This document shows, piece by piece, positions 39,081 through 49,923 of a stretch of 64,000 nucleotides of DNA. Where the stretch lies: the NCBI GenBank assembly GCA_039978835.1, contig JBDWAQ010000005.1, positions 586,631 to 650,630 on the forward strand. The letters run 5' to 3'. Position 1 is the first letter of the stretch; the number at the start of each line of letters is the position of its first letter. Below the pieces are notes generated by a model. That model had not been told where the DNA came from, ran no database searches, and saw only the letters and a program-made list of their open reading frames with translations. Source of the DNA: Parasphingorhabdus sp. GTDB taxonomy: Bacteria; Pseudomonadota; Alphaproteobacteria; Sphingomonadales; Sphingomonadaceae. The position numbers were made by a program, and so were the translations under genes.

Positions 39081-40655
39081 ATGGCGGATTTTGATGTCGT
39101 GGTTGCCGGCGGCGGCGTAAATGGCCTTGCCTGTGCAGCGACGCTTTCCCGCAAGGGATTGAAAGTCTGTGTGGTGGAGCGCAATCCGTGGGTCGGTGGC
39201 GGCGCCGTTACGCAGGAAGTAACGCTCCCCGGATTCAAGCATGATCTTTACGGATCATCGCATGTCTGGATTCAGTGTAACCCCGACTTCAAGGAAATTC
39301 AGCCTGACCTTGAACGGCTTGGTTTGAAATATCTGGAACCCGATGATCATATCACCGGTCATCCCGACAAAAATGGTGGGCCAGGCATTGTTATCTACAA
39401 GTCCATCGACAAGACCTGCGAATCCATCGCCGCCTATTCAGAGGCCGATGCCGCGCGATACAAATCAGTCTATGCGGATTTCGAACAGGTTCGGGAAGGC
39501 TTTATCAAAGCCTTTTTCTCGCCTCCCGCGGCACCGTCCGCGCTATCCAGTGCGCTGGAAACCAGCGAGGCGGGGCTTCGCCGACTGCGGGAGTTTTCCA
39601 TGTCGGCGCGTGCCTGGGTAGAATCGAATTTTGAAAATGATTTTGTCAAAGCAGTCATGCTCAATTGGGCACTGGCTCCGCAGATACTGCCGGATCAGGA
39701 GGGTGCAGGCCAATCCTTCTACATCATGATCCCCGCTATCCACTATTACGGACAGGCTATTCCCGAAGGCGGCAGCATGGAATTGCCAATCGCCATGGCG
39801 AAGCTGGTGGAGGAGCAGGGCGGAAAAGTGATGACTGAAGCTCCGATCGACAAGATTATCGTCGAAGATGGTCAGGCGAAAGGTGTGCGGTTGGAAAGCG
39901 GCGAAACGATCATGGCGAGCCGTGCCGTTGTCTCGGCGCTGGAACCCAAACAGATGTTCCACAAATTTATCGGCGAAGAGCATTTTGAGCCGGAATTCAA
40001 CGATATGGTGAAAAGCTATTCTTTCGGCAAGATCAGCATCTGTCGTGCACAGCTAGCACTCAGCGAAGCGCCTGAGTTCACCAACGGCGCGGATATGAGC
40101 AAATGTCCGTTCCACCGGATCGTGGATTCGATGGATCAGATGATCAACTTCTATGCCGAACTGGCTACCGGCAAGCCGCCCAGTGATCCCTTTCTCTGGT
40201 CGGCTTGCTGGACCAAGCTGGATCCCACGCGTGCACCCGAGGGACAACATACGTTGATCTTTGACACTTATGTTTCGAACTGGCTTGCGGATGGACGGAC
40301 GTGGGACGAGATCGGCGAGGAATATACCAAGACGGTCTTGCTGCCAAAGCTTCAGGAATATGCGCCCAATATCAATGAGAAAACTATATTGGGAATGCAC
40401 ATTCAACACAGACACACACTCGAGGATGCCAATCCCAGCTTTGTCGACGGAACGACAAATGGCGGGGAACGGATTGCCGCACAATTGGGAAGTTTCCGGC
40501 CTTTCCCCGGATATGCCCATTACCGCTCACCGATCAAGGATTTGTACATGACCGGGCCGCATTGCCATCCGGGCGGCGGAATTTCGGCAATGGGAACGAT
40601 TACGGCACGCGTGATGCTTGACGATATGGGAATTGAACCTGCGGACTTCTGGTAG
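39081..40655 (+). CDS. FAD-dependent oxidoreductase, phytoene dehydrogenase-like
   Basis: VVVAGGGVNGL...VERNPWVGG, PEGGS and C-terminal DLYMTGPHCHPGGGI motifs. Confidence 0.85.
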   Translation: MADFDVVVAGGGVNGLACAATLSRKGLKVCVVERNPWVGGGAVTQEVTLPGFKHDLYGSSHVWIQCNPDFKEIQPDLERLGLKYLEPDDHITGHPDKNGGPGIVIYKSIDKTCESIAAYSEADAARYKSVYADFEQVREGFIKAFFSPPAAPSALSSALETSEAGLRRLREFSMSARAWVESNFENDFVKAVMLNWALAPQILPDQEGAGQSFYIMIPAIHYYGQAIPEGGSMELPIAMAKLVEEQGGKVMTEAPIDKIIVEDGQAKGVRLESGETIMASRAVVSALEPKQMFHKFIGEEHFEPEFNDMVKSYSFGKISICRAQLALSEAPEFTNGADMSKCPFHRIVDSMDQMINFYAELATGKPPSDPFLWSACWTKLDPTRAPEGQHTLIFDTYVSNWLADGRTWDEIGEEYTKTVLLPKLQEYAPNINEKTILGMHIQHRHTLEDANPSFVDGTTNGGERIAAQLGSFRPFPGYAHYRSPIKDLYMTGPHCHPGGGISAMGTITARVMLDDMGIEPADFW

Positions 40656-40679
40656 GCCGCACTGAAAGAGGAAACAAAG

Positions 40680-41834
40680 ATGACAGCACCGAAGATTGAC
40701 AAATATACCGCATTGATAATGCAACCTCATGTTGTGGTTGCTGATGATCGTGACGGGATTAAACAAAACCTCGATCGCGCAATGAACATGATCGATTTTG
40801 GCGTCGGGTACTTTTGGGAATTGCCATCGCGTCTGGTCGTTTTTCCGGAATATTTCATGCAGGGTGTGACAACGCCTGGCAAAGGTGAGCATGGCATTGA
40901 CAGCTTCATGAAGAAGGCCATTACAATTGACGGTCCGGAAATGCAGGCGCTTGGTGAAAAGGCCAAGGAATATAATCTCTACATTGCTGGTGGCGGGGTC
41001 ATTGAAAAGGTACCGGAATTTCCGGATCGCTGGTTCAATACCGCATTCATTATCGGGCCATCCGGGGACGTTGTTCTAAAATATCACAAATGGCATATTC
41101 CGGCTTCCATTGGCCTTGGTACCAGCCCGCACGATATTTTTGACGAGTATAAAGAGGTCTTCGGTGGCGATATCAGGGACCTGTTCCCGGTTATCGATAC
41201 CGACATTGGTAAGCTGGGCACCATGACCTGTCACGATGGCTGCACACCCGAAGTATCGCGGGCGCTGGGTTACAATGGCGCTGAAGTCATCTGCCATCCG
41301 GTGGCACTGCAAGAAGTCGAAGGCGTTTCCGAGCCTTGGGATTTCTGGATGTTCACACGCCGCACACGCGCGCATGATAATATGGCTTATGTGCTGGGAT
41401 CCAACTGGGGAACGGTGGATTATGATTTTTACCCCAAAGCTTTTTGCCCCGGCAACAGCTTTGCGATTGATTATCAAGGCATGGTGATGCGTCATTCGCC
41501 CTATCCGCAGGAACAGGTAATGGGTGTCACCATCGATATCGAAGGTTTGCGTGAGCATCGTTCGCGCTGCAATCACAATACATGGGTGGACGTGCGGACC
41601 GAAGGCTTCCGTCAGATTTACGAGAATCCGATTTATCCGGCCAATCAATTTCCGAGCGGAAAGCCGCCGCGGACATTGGCCGATAAAATGGATCCCGTTA
41701 AGGAAGTGTTCCGTGACATTTATGGCCGCGGGCAGTTTACTCCCCCAGCCGGCAAGACCGTCGACGACATGGCCAATCAGCATGCAGAACGTGTGAAACG
41801 GGCGCAGGATATTGGTACGTTGAAACGCGACTAA
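40680..41834 (+). CDS. Nitrilase-superfamily C-N hydrolase, formamidase-like
   Basis: Triad FPEYF (E), YHK (K), TCHDG (C). The CHDG context resembles AmiF-type formamidases. Confidence 0.8.
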   Translation: MTAPKIDKYTALIMQPHVVVADDRDGIKQNLDRAMNMIDFGVGYFWELPSRLVVFPEYFMQGVTTPGKGEHGIDSFMKKAITIDGPEMQALGEKAKEYNLYIAGGGVIEKVPEFPDRWFNTAFIIGPSGDVVLKYHKWHIPASIGLGTSPHDIFDEYKEVFGGDIRDLFPVIDTDIGKLGTMTCHDGCTPEVSRALGYNGAEVICHPVALQEVEGVSEPWDFWMFTRRTRAHDNMAYVLGSNWGTVDYDFYPKAFCPGNSFAIDYQGMVMRHSPYPQEQVMGVTIDIEGLREHRSRCNHNTWVDVRTEGFRQIYENPIYPANQFPSGKPPRTLADKMDPVKEVFRDIYGRGQFTPPAGKTVDDMANQHAERVKRAQDIGTLKRD

Positions 41835-41847
41835 GGAAGGGTTACTA

Positions 41848-42138
41848 ATGCGTGTAGTCAGTTCTCTTGCTGATATTGATTTTAGCATAGGCCGTATCGT
41901 CCGTCGCGGCGGCAATATGGTCATTGAAAGCAGTGCGGACAGCACGCTGGAAACAATTGTGACCGTTACCCCGCGAGATGCTTTGAAGTCTCTGGTGGCA
42001 TTGGCCGTCAGCCCGTCGGCGTGGATATTTGTCTTAACGCTGCCCTTTGCTCTGCTTGTAAGGGGGAATGGATCAACCGCTTCCGATGATGATTGGGAGG
42101 AGCGGCGGTCACGCATAGGTTTGAACAAGCCGTGGTAG
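41848..42138 (+). CDS. Small hypothetical protein with one hydrophobic segment
   Basis: 96 aa, RBS AAGGAAGG, co-oriented within the operon; overlaps the eda start by 7 nt. Confidence 0.6.
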   Translation: MRVVSSLADIDFSIGRIVRRGGNMVIESSADSTLETIVTVTPRDALKSLVALAVSPSAWIFVLTLPFALLVRGNGSTASDDDWEERRSRIGLNKPW

Positions 42139-42767
42139 AACCGGGTGCTTTCGATCGAATTGCACAGGATCGCATTGTTCCGGTGGTCATTCCCGGTGAA
42201 CCCATACAGATGGAGGGACTTGTTGAAGCGCTTTTTCTGGGAGGGCTGGGAACGATAGAAATCACCCTGCGTTCCGAAACTGCAATTGATGCCATTTCCA
42301 TTGCGGCAAAACAAAATAATCTGATTGTTGGCGCGGGAACCGTCTTGAGCGTTGAGCAGGCGGAAAATGCGGTTGGAGCCGGAGCAAGATTTCTGGTTAG
42401 CCCGGGCTTCGATCCGGCAGTTGTTGGCTGGGCAAAGCGCAATGATGTACCGATAATTCCTGGAATTGCGACAGTTAGCGAAGCGATGCGTGCGATCGGT
42501 TCGGGCCTGCATTTTGTGAAATTGTTCCCGGCTGAGCAACTGGGCGGTGCGAAAACGGTACAAGCCATGGGTGCCGTGCTCCCGGACCTTAAAATCATGC
42601 CAACTGGTGGTGTTACGCTGAAAAACCTGACGGATTATCTTTCTGTGCCAGCAGTTGGAGCCGTCGGTGGAACCTGGATCGCGCCAGCTGATGATATTGT
42701 GAATGGCCATTTTGCCAAAATCACCGAACGAGCGAAAGCCGCCGTGGCTTTGTCACTTTCCCTATAA
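42132..42767 (+). CDS. eda: KDPG/KHG aldolase
   Basis: IEITLRS, VGAGTVL, FLVSPG, VKLFPA and MPTGGV motifs. GTG start at 42132. Confidence 0.9.
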   Translation: MVEPGAFDRIAQDRIVPVVIPGEPIQMEGLVEALFLGGLGTIEITLRSETAIDAISIAAKQNNLIVGAGTVLSVEQAENAVGAGARFLVSPGFDPAVVGWAKRNDVPIIPGIATVSEAMRAIGSGLHFVKLFPAEQLGGAKTVQAMGAVLPDLKIMPTGGVTLKNLTDYLSVPAVGAVGGTWIAPADDIVNGHFAKITERAKAAVALSLSL

Positions 42768-43774
42768 TGTCCGTTTCACGATCAATTATCTGTTTCGGTG
42801 AAATGCTACTCAGACTTTCTGCCTCGGAAACTGATCAGGAGTTGATAAGCTCATCACATTATTCCTCTCGCGTTGCCGGTGCGGAAGCAAATGTCGCTAT
42901 CTCCCTGGCTTCGTTAGGACTGCAATCCCGTATGGCAACGATCCTTCCTGACAATATGCTGGGTGATCGCGCTTTGAAGACCTTGTCGGATCACGGCGTT
43001 AACACCGGACCGGTCGTTCGCAAGCCGGGCCGAATGGGACTGTTTTTCCTGAACTCGCAAATCGCTGGCCGGGAAGGGGGCTTGATTTACGACCGGGAGG
43101 GTTCGGCATTTGCCTCGGCTGCTCCTGACGAGATCGATTGGACGAAAGCATTATCGAATGCGACATGGCTACATATCTCCGGTATTACCGCCGCTTTGGG
43201 AGAGGGTCCTTTACAAGCACTGCATAATGCCTGCACCGCTGCCAAAGATGCTGGCGTCAAAATCTCTTTTGATTGCAACTATCGGCCATTGCTCTGGCAA
43301 TACAGGGAACAGGAGGCGCCAGCAATCTTGGCGGCATTGGCACAGCATGCAGATCTACTCTTTGCCGGGCCTTGGGATGTATCACTTATGACTGGTACGC
43401 CACAGAGTGAAGAAAAAGCGTTGGATGCGTTTGAGAGTTCTGCGGAAGCGGCCTTTCGAGAATTCCCCAATCTGGCTATGATTGCAGCCACTTCACGAAC
43501 CATCGTCGGAAGCGAACATCATCAACTTGGTGCGCATATCGGCACACGATCGGGAGCAGTTCACGAGCCTCCGCAAACAATAAACCCGGTAATTGATCGT
43601 ATAGGCAGTGGTGATGCTTTCGCTGCGGCGGTGCTTTATGGTGTCACGCATGATTGGGATGCTACACGGATCGCGAGATTTGCCCTGCAGGCTTGTGTCA
43701 TGAAACACGCAATTCATGGTGATTTTAGCAATCTGAATGCAAGGGAAGTCGAAGCAGCATTGTCAGCTGAGTAA
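42767..43774 (+). CDS. kdgK: 2-keto-3-deoxygluconate kinase (PfkB family)
   Basis: FGEMLLRLS, AGAEANVA, SFDCNYRPLLW and DRIGSGDAFAA motifs. Confidence 0.85.
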   Translation: MSVSRSIICFGEMLLRLSASETDQELISSSHYSSRVAGAEANVAISLASLGLQSRMATILPDNMLGDRALKTLSDHGVNTGPVVRKPGRMGLFFLNSQIAGREGGLIYDREGSAFASAAPDEIDWTKALSNATWLHISGITAALGEGPLQALHNACTAAKDAGVKISFDCNYRPLLWQYREQEAPAILAALAQHADLLFAGPWDVSLMTGTPQSEEKALDAFESSAEAAFREFPNLAMIAATSRTIVGSEHHQLGAHIGTRSGAVHEPPQTINPVIDRIGSGDAFAAAVLYGVTHDWDATRIARFALQACVMKHAIHGDFSNLNAREVEAALSAE

Positions 43775-43776
43775 AT

Positions 43777-45048
43777 TTAACTGGATTCTGCCTCTTGATC
43801 TTCCAGCTTTAGTCCCCCCGCAATCATGGTGGCTATTGCTGCAAACCCGGCAAGCGTAAACAGCACACCCTGTTCGCCAAACGGTTCGATCAATGGACCA
43901 AGCATGGCCGCACCGAACACTAGCGCGATATTCCCGCAGACCATTGTGAAAGAGAATTGGGTCGCGGCGATCATCTTCCAGCATTGCCTCATGGTGGCTG
44001 CAAAAAACGCGATGAAAATGAACACCAGCAGCATTTCAAAAGCAGCAAGATAAAGCCCGCCGAGTTGAAACCGAAGTGCCATTGCCATTGCAAAATTAAC
44101 GGCCATAAGTGTTGCAAAAAGTGTGACCAGTGATCGTCGATGTCCCAGGTAATCCACCAGCACTCCGCCGGCAAATATACCGGCAACACCGGCAACAAGT
44201 TTGAGGCTGGATCGAAACTGGGAATAGTCGGTTTCGTTCCAGTGAAATTCCTGCACCAGCAATACGGGCAGCAAGGCACCTGACAATCCGGCGATCAATC
44301 CTATGCAGATCGAAATTCCAATCAAACGCATCGCAGACGGACGGCGGATGGCAGCAAATAACTGGGCCAGCAGTATCTTCCAGCTGGAAGTCTGTCTTGC
44401 TGCGGTTTCGGCGCTAGTCGCGCCAGCAGTCCAGGGCAGAAAGCGCTCACCTGACCGTTCTTTCACAGCAAGAACAAATATTAGCACCACAAGCAATATT
44501 GCAGCGGCAAAATAGGCCATGGCTTCAAATCCGGCAAAGGCGAGTATTGCCGCGCCGCTGGCTCCGGCAGCAGCGGTGCCAAGGGTTTTGCTGCCCCACA
44601 TGATCCCATTGGCGCGGCCCTGCTCATGAGACGGCACAACATCCATCACCATTCCGTCAGTCGCAACGTCCTGAAACACCGTCGCCAATGTGATGCAAAA
44701 GGCACCAATAGCGAACAGACTGAGGTTATCCGCTGGTTCACCAATGGAGGCGAGAAACAGAAAACTGATGGCTATTCCGAACTGGCCAAAAATTACCCAG
44801 GGTCGCCGTCGCCCCATCGGTAGATAGGCCACGCGATCAATGAGCGGTCCGACAAATAATTTTGCCGAGTTTGGCAACATTGCAGTCGCCAGAAAAGTTC
44901 CGATAGCAGCTGCTGTCATCCCATTTGCGGCCAGATAGGCCGGAAAGATGATCAACACCATTGCATCGGGAATACCCTGTGCCGCGTAAAGTGTTGCAAA
45001 TGCGGAATACCGCAGCCATTTATTCTGACTGAGATCGAATTCCGTCAT
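43777..45048 (-). CDS. MFS transporter (AmpG-like)
   Basis: 12 TM segments; LYAAQGIP, GRRRPW and QDVATDG motifs. Confidence 0.8.
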   Translation of the reverse strand: MTEFDLSQNKWLRYSAFATLYAAQGIPDAMVLIIFPAYLAANGMTAAAIGTFLATAMLPNSAKLFVGPLIDRVAYLPMGRRRPWVIFGQFGIAISFLFLASIGEPADNLSLFAIGAFCITLATVFQDVATDGMVMDVVPSHEQGRANGIMWGSKTLGTAAAGASGAAILAFAGFEAMAYFAAAILLVVLIFVLAVKERSGERFLPWTAGATSAETAARQTSSWKILLAQLFAAIRRPSAMRLIGISICIGLIAGLSGALLPVLLVQEFHWNETDYSQFRSSLKLVAGVAGIFAGGVLVDYLGHRRSLVTLFATLMAVNFAMAMALRFQLGGLYLAAFEMLLVFIFIAFFAATMRQCWKMIAATQFSFTMVCGNIALVFGAAMLGPLIEPFGEQGVLFTLAGFAAIATMIAGGLKLEDQEAESS

Positions 45049-45075
45049 CCTACAATGTTGTGGAGCGGTTGAACA

Positions 45076-46284
45076 TCACCAGTGCCAAAGCGTTCCGTCT
45101 TCCAGGCGGTTTACCGGCAAATAGGCGGGTTTGTAGGGATATTTCGCAGCGAGCTCTTCATCGATATCGACGCCATGGCCCGAAGTATCTCCCGGGAAGA
45201 GCGCTCCGTCCTTGAAGCTGTAACTATGGGGGAAGACCGCATCGGTTTCTTCGGTGTGACGCATGTATTCCTGAATACCGAAATTGGGCACCCAGATATC
45301 GAAGTTCAGAGCTGCTCCCATGCATACCGGCGACAGATCGGTTGCGCCGTGGCAGCCGGTCCGGATCTGATACATGGCCGCAAGATCGGCAATGCGCCGC
45401 AAATGGGTTATCCCGCCAGCATGGACGACCGTCGCGCGGATATAATCGATCAACTGATTCTGGATGAGATCTTTGCAATCCCAGATTGTGTTGAATATCT
45501 CACCGACAGCAAGCGGTGTCACCGTATGTTGCCGGATCAGGCGAAAGGCCTCCTGATTTTCTGCGGGCGTGGCATCTTCCATCCAGAATAGTCTGTAAGG
45601 TTCGAGCGATTTTCCCAATCTGCCAGCTTCAATCGGGGTCAGCCGGTGGTGCACATCGTGCAGAAAATGAGGTTCGAAACCAAAGCGTTCACGCAGATGC
45701 TCAAAAAGCTTTGGCGTGTGATCAAGATATTTTTCTGTCGACCAGACGTTTTCCGACGGTAGTTCGGCATCAGCAGGCTCGTAATACATCTTGTCCTGTG
45801 ACACGCCGTATGTAGACGCCAATCCCGGAATACCAGTTTGCGCCCGAATGGCTTTATAGCCCATCTCGATATATCGAGAGACTTCATCCGAAGTTTCTTC
45901 AATGTCGCGTCCATTGGCATGGCCGTATACCATCACCGATTCCCGGCTTTTTCCTCCCAACAACTGGTAAAGGGGCATCCCGGCGGCTTTGGCTTTGATG
46001 TCCCACAATGCCGTATCAACGGCGGCTATGGCGGCCATCGTGATCGGCCCGCGACGCCAATAGGCTCCGCGATACAGATAGTGCCAGATATCCTCAATTC
46101 GACTCGCATCCTTACCAATCAAACAGGGGATTACATGATCATCAAGATAGGACACAACCGATAGCTCGCGCCCGTTGACGGTAGCATCCCCGAGTCCGTA
46201 GATTCCCTCGTCTGTTTCGATTTTCAGCGTAACAAAATTGCGCCCAGGACAGGTGACGATCGTTTTTGCGGATATGATTTTCAT
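45076..46284 (-). CDS. manD: D-mannonate dehydratase (RspA/ManD family)
   Basis: [36 protein letters not shown] and [12 protein letters not shown] motifs. Confidence 0.92.
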   Translation of the reverse strand: MKIISAKTIVTCPGRNFVTLKIETDEGIYGLGDATVNGRELSVVSYLDDHVIPCLIGKDASRIEDIWHYLYRGAYWRRGPITMAAIAAVDTALWDIKAKAAGMPLYQLLGGKSRESVMVYGHANGRDIEETSDEVSRYIEMGYKAIRAQTGIPGLASTYGVSQDKMYYEPADAELPSENVWSTEKYLDHTPKLFEHLRERFGFEPHFLHDVHHRLTPIEAGRLGKSLEPYRLFWMEDATPAENQEAFRLIRQHTVTPLAVGEIFNTIWDCKDLIQNQLIDYIRATVVHAGGITHLRRIADLAAMYQIRTGCHGATDLSPVCMGAALNFDIWVPNFGIQEYMRHTEETDAVFPHSYSFKDGALFPGDTSGHGVDIDEELAAKYPYKPAYLPVNRLEDGTLWHW

Positions 46285-46398
46285 AATGTGTACCATCTCA
46301 GTAACAGGCTGTGACTCAATTGACTAAAGCAACCGGGGGTCGCTTTACAAACTGGGGTTAGTCATTCAAAAGATTAGCCTAACTTATGTGGTAGAAAA

Positions 46399-47316
46399 AT
46401 GACCCGCCGCTTACCTCCTCTTTTGGCTTTGCGTGTCTTCGAATGCGCCGGTCGACATCTCAGCTTCACCAAAGCTGCCGAGGAGCTATGTGTAACACAG
46501 GCTGCAGTTAGCCATCAGATAAGAGCCCTCGAAACATGGTTTGGAAAACCGTTGTTCAAGCGCCTCAACCGATCATTGAAATTGACCGTCGAGGGTGAAC
46601 GGATGCTGGGTCCGATGACTGAAGCGCTGGATATAATGGCTACGGCAACATCTGAAATCGCGCAGGATGACGATAGTCAGGTTTTGAATGTCTCTGTGCT
46701 GGATTCGTTTGCCAGTGTCTGGATATTGCCGCGGTTGCAGAGTTTTCATCAGCGCTTTCCTGATATTGATGTCCGCTTTGACTCGTCGCCGGTCGAAGAA
46801 GATAGTTTGGGCAGCGGTCATTCGGATCTGGAAATCCGTTATGGCAATGGTACTTGGCCAGGGCTGCATGTCTACAAGTTCATGGATGAGGAAATTTTCC
46901 CCGTTTGCAGTCCGAAATTGCTGGAAGGACGGGATTGCCCGACCAGTCTTGACGAGTTGGAGGAGTTTGAGTTGCTCCACGATGTCATGTCGATCGACTG
47001 GGAACTGTTCCTGAAGAATTTTGGTGTGAAAGCAATGAACGTCCGGCGCGGTTTCGGGTTCAACCATTCCCAACTTGTCGTTCAGGCCTGTATTGAAGGG
47101 AATGGATTTGCGCTGGGCCGCGGTGCTTTGGTTGCCGACGCGATAAAAACAGGCAAACTGGTAAGGCCGTTTAAGGAATCAATGCCGGCAGGACTGGCCT
47201 ATTACGTTGTTTGCCGGCCCGGAGACTCTGACGATGCTGCGATCAAGGCATTTTCCTATTGGTTGATGGATGAAATAGAGGCAGAAAATGCGTTGGAAAC
47301 TAAAGACGCATCATGA
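46399..47316 (+). CDS. LysR-family regulator, GcvA-like
   Basis: LPPLLALRVFECAGRHLSFTKAAEELCVTQAAVSHQIR HTH plus effector domain. Confidence 0.92.
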   Translation: MTRRLPPLLALRVFECAGRHLSFTKAAEELCVTQAAVSHQIRALETWFGKPLFKRLNRSLKLTVEGERMLGPMTEALDIMATATSEIAQDDDSQVLNVSVLDSFASVWILPRLQSFHQRFPDIDVRFDSSPVEEDSLGSGHSDLEIRYGNGTWPGLHVYKFMDEEIFPVCSPKLLEGRDCPTSLDELEEFELLHDVMSIDWELFLKNFGVKAMNVRRGFGFNHSQLVVQACIEGNGFALGRGALVADAIKTGKLVRPFKESMPAGLAYYVVCRPGDSDDAAIKAFSYWLMDEIEAENALETKDAS

Positions 47317-48775
47317 CCGATCGTGTTTCGGTAAACGCTTTTAACCCCTGAAGACCGTGCTCCCGTCCGATGCCGGATTGCTTAACACCGCCTATCGGCA
47401 TGGCCAGCTCCGGGATTCCATGATCGTTGATCCAGATTATACCTGATTCAATATCCGCCGAGAGGCGCAGTGCACGGGACAGATCCTTGGTCCAGATGCT
47501 GGCGGCCAGACCATATTTGCTATCGTTGGCAAGCCGCAAAGCATCGGCCTCGTCATCAAAGGGTGTTATTGTCACAACCGGCCCAAAGACTTCCTCTTGC
47601 ACGACGGCGCAGCTTTGCTCCGCCCCGGTCAACACTGTTGGCGCATAGAAAAATCCGGCGCCGTCCAGTATTTTTCCGCCTGTCACGATGCTGGCACCAT
47701 CAGCTGCTGCTTGTTCGACCATCGCATGAACACCGTTTCGGTGATTGCTGCTGATTAGCGGACCCATAGTGGTGTTGGGGTCAACCCCTGGTCCAACCTG
47801 ATGACCCTCCGCAATGGCAGTGATGCCGGAGACAATTTTATCAAAGATACCGCGCTGCGCATAAATGCGCGAGCCAGCCACACAGACTTGCCCGGCATTT
47901 CCAAAAATCGCGTCGGCAGCGGTCGGGATGGCGATGTCGAGGTCGGCATCATCGAAGATCAATACCGGCGACTTGCCGCCGAGTTCCAGCGATAGCCGGG
48001 TGATATCGTCTTTGCTATCCGCCAGCAGTTGTTTGCCAACGCTGGTTGATCCGGTGAACGAGACTTTCGACACCAGCGGATGTTTAACCAGAGCTGCGCC
48101 AACATCCCGCCCTTTTCCGGGCAAGACGTTGACAACGCCGTCCGGAACGCCCGCTTCCATTAGCAACCGGCCCAGGTAAAGCGACGACAAAGGTGTCAAT
48201 TCCGCTGGTTTTAAAATACAGCTGCAACCCGCCGCCAGAGCAGGGGCTAGTTTCCAAGCGGCCGATACCAGCGCGCCGTTCCATGGTGTAATCAACGCCG
48301 CAACTCCAACCGCGTCCTCCCGGACAAAGGCGTGATATTCGCGACCGGGTACAGAGGGTTCAAAAACCTGTCCACCCAGCTTCGTGACCCATCCGGCATA
48401 ATATCGAAACGTCTCCGCACAATGCGGAATTTCGCCATGAAGCGCACCTCCATAGGGCTTGCCGCCATTTATGGTCTCAAGCTCCGCCAATATTTGGGCA
48501 TCACGTTCAATCAGATCGGCCACACGCAACAAAATCCGCTGTCGTTCCGCCGGGGTTTTTCCGCGCCAGCGTTTGTCGACGAATGCGCGGCGCGCGGCAA
48601 TCGCGGCACGATCGGCATCGACTGCCGTGGCCAGCGCCGCGCTGCCGATCTCTGTCCCGGTGGCGGGATCAAGACACGGGATAACAGACGCGCTGTCTCC
48701 CATCTCCCATTTTCCATCAATCAGGAAGGGCTGTGTTTCGTTTAGGAAAGACGTCGCGGCGGAAATGCTGTGCAT
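47300..48775 (-). CDS. Aldehyde dehydrogenase, aryl-acetaldehyde dehydrogenase-like
   Basis: TPWNG, KPAELTP, FTGST, LELGGKSP, GQVC and EEVFGPV motifs. Confidence 0.88.
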   Translation of the reverse strand: MHSISAATSFLNETQPFLIDGKWEMGDSASVIPCLDPATGTEIGSAALATAVDADRAAIAARRAFVDKRWRGKTPAERQRILLRVADLIERDAQILAELETINGGKPYGGALHGEIPHCAETFRYYAGWVTKLGGQVFEPSVPGREYHAFVREDAVGVAALITPWNGALVSAAWKLAPALAAGCSCILKPAELTPLSSLYLGRLLMEAGVPDGVVNVLPGKGRDVGAALVKHPLVSKVSFTGSTSVGKQLLADSKDDITRLSLELGGKSPVLIFDDADLDIAIPTAADAIFGNAGQVCVAGSRIYAQRGIFDKIVSGITAIAEGHQVGPGVDPNTTMGPLISSNHRNGVHAMVEQAAADGASIVTGGKILDGAGFFYAPTVLTGAEQSCAVVQEEVFGPVVTITPFDDEADALRLANDSKYGLAASIWTKDLSRALRLSADIESGIIWINDHGIPELAMPIGGVKQSGIGREHGLQGLKAFTETRSVMMRL

Positions 48776-48792
48776 GATATTCCTCTATCCGC

Positions 48793-49920
48793 TTAGCTTG
48801 CCATAAATTCACGCAGTACCGCAATGACGCGATCATTTTGCTCGGGAAGGCCGACCGTGATGCGTAGGCAATTCTCCGGACCACCGGCATTGACCGGGCG
48901 TGGAATTATGCCATTGGCCTCCAGATAGGCGCCCGCACCAGCAGGCGTTTTTGCATCGCTGGTAAATTTCAGTAGATAGAAATTCGCCACCGACGGGATG
49001 AACTCTATGCCCATTTCGGTTGTTGCAGCCGCAATGCGTTCCAATTCCCTATTGTTCATATTGCGCATCTGCTTGGCATAATCCTGATCCAGTACCGCGG
49101 CTTCCGCAGCGGCCAGAGCGGCGGCATTGGCGTTAAACGGTGTGCGGATGCGTTGCACCGCGTCAATGATCGCGCTGGGCGCATACATCCAGCCGATCCG
49201 CAGAGCTGCAAGGCCGTAGAGTTTGGAAAAAGTTCGGGTCATCACCGTGTTTTCACCTGCCGATACCAGCGCTGAACCGTCCTCATAGTCGTCATTTTCG
49301 ACATAATCGGCATAGGCGGAATCACACAGTAAGATGATGTGAGGCGGCAGACCATCGCGCAGGCGCTGCAACTCGCTGCGAGAAATATATTGCCCCACCG
49401 GATTATTGGGGGAGGCGAGTACTACCATTTTGGTTTTGTCCGTTACTTTTGCCAACATGGCATCGGTATCCGGTTTCAGATCATCCTCTGGTGCGGTAAC
49501 GGGCGTCGCGCCCTGGGCGATGGCATGAACATAGGCCATGCCAAAACTATATTGGCTGACGACCACCTCATCGCCCGGAGACAGATAGGCTCGCATCAAC
49601 AACTGAATCAGTTCATCGGATCCATTGCCACAGACAATGTTATCAGGGTCGATATCAAAAGTGCTGCCAATAGCGGAACGTAAGGCAAATTGGCTTCCAT
49701 CCGGATAACAGCTCAAGCCATTGTCGTCGGTAAAAGCAGCATAAGCGGCCTTGGCCTTCGGGCTGGGCCCGGACATGGATTCATTGGAAGAGAGTTTGAG
49801 CGGTTTTTCTACCCCTTCGATCGCGCCTTTCCCCTGTACATAGGGAGATAGGCTCAGGACGCCGGTTGTCGGTTGGGGCGTATTGCTGTCCGATATGATG
49901 TTGAGATTATTTGTGGCCAT
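48793..49920 (-). CDS. HisC-family (class I/II) PLP aminotransferase
   Basis: LKLSSNE, GNGSDELI, SPNNPVG, DSAY and RTFSKLYGLAALRIGW (PLP Lys) motifs. Confidence 0.88.
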   Translation of the reverse strand: MATNNLNIISDSNTPQPTTGVLSLSPYVQGKGAIEGVEKPLKLSSNESMSGPSPKAKAAYAAFTDDNGLSCYPDGSQFALRSAIGSTFDIDPDNIVCGNGSDELIQLLMRAYLSPGDEVVVSQYSFGMAYVHAIAQGATPVTAPEDDLKPDTDAMLAKVTDKTKMVVLASPNNPVGQYISRSELQRLRDGLPPHIILLCDSAYADYVENDDYEDGSALVSAGENTVMTRTFSKLYGLAALRIGWMYAPSAIIDAVQRIRTPFNANAAALAAAEAAVLDQDYAKQMRNMNNRELERIAAATTEMGIEFIPSVANFYLLKFTSDAKTPAGAGAYLEANGIIPRPVNAGGPENCLRITVGLPEQNDRVIAVLREFMAS

Positions 49921-49923
49921 CGA

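Noticed and set aside
41076-42710. 544-aa minus-strand ORF
   Set aside because: It is antisense to three well-supported plus-strand genes and has no recognisable motifs, so it is a shadow ORF.
46399-47316. GcvA-like LysR as the regulator of manD, or as the missing iac/cat regulator
   Set aside because: It is divergent from manD but convergent with the Ehrlich-type operon, and I found no convincing T-N11-A box, so its target cannot be assigned.
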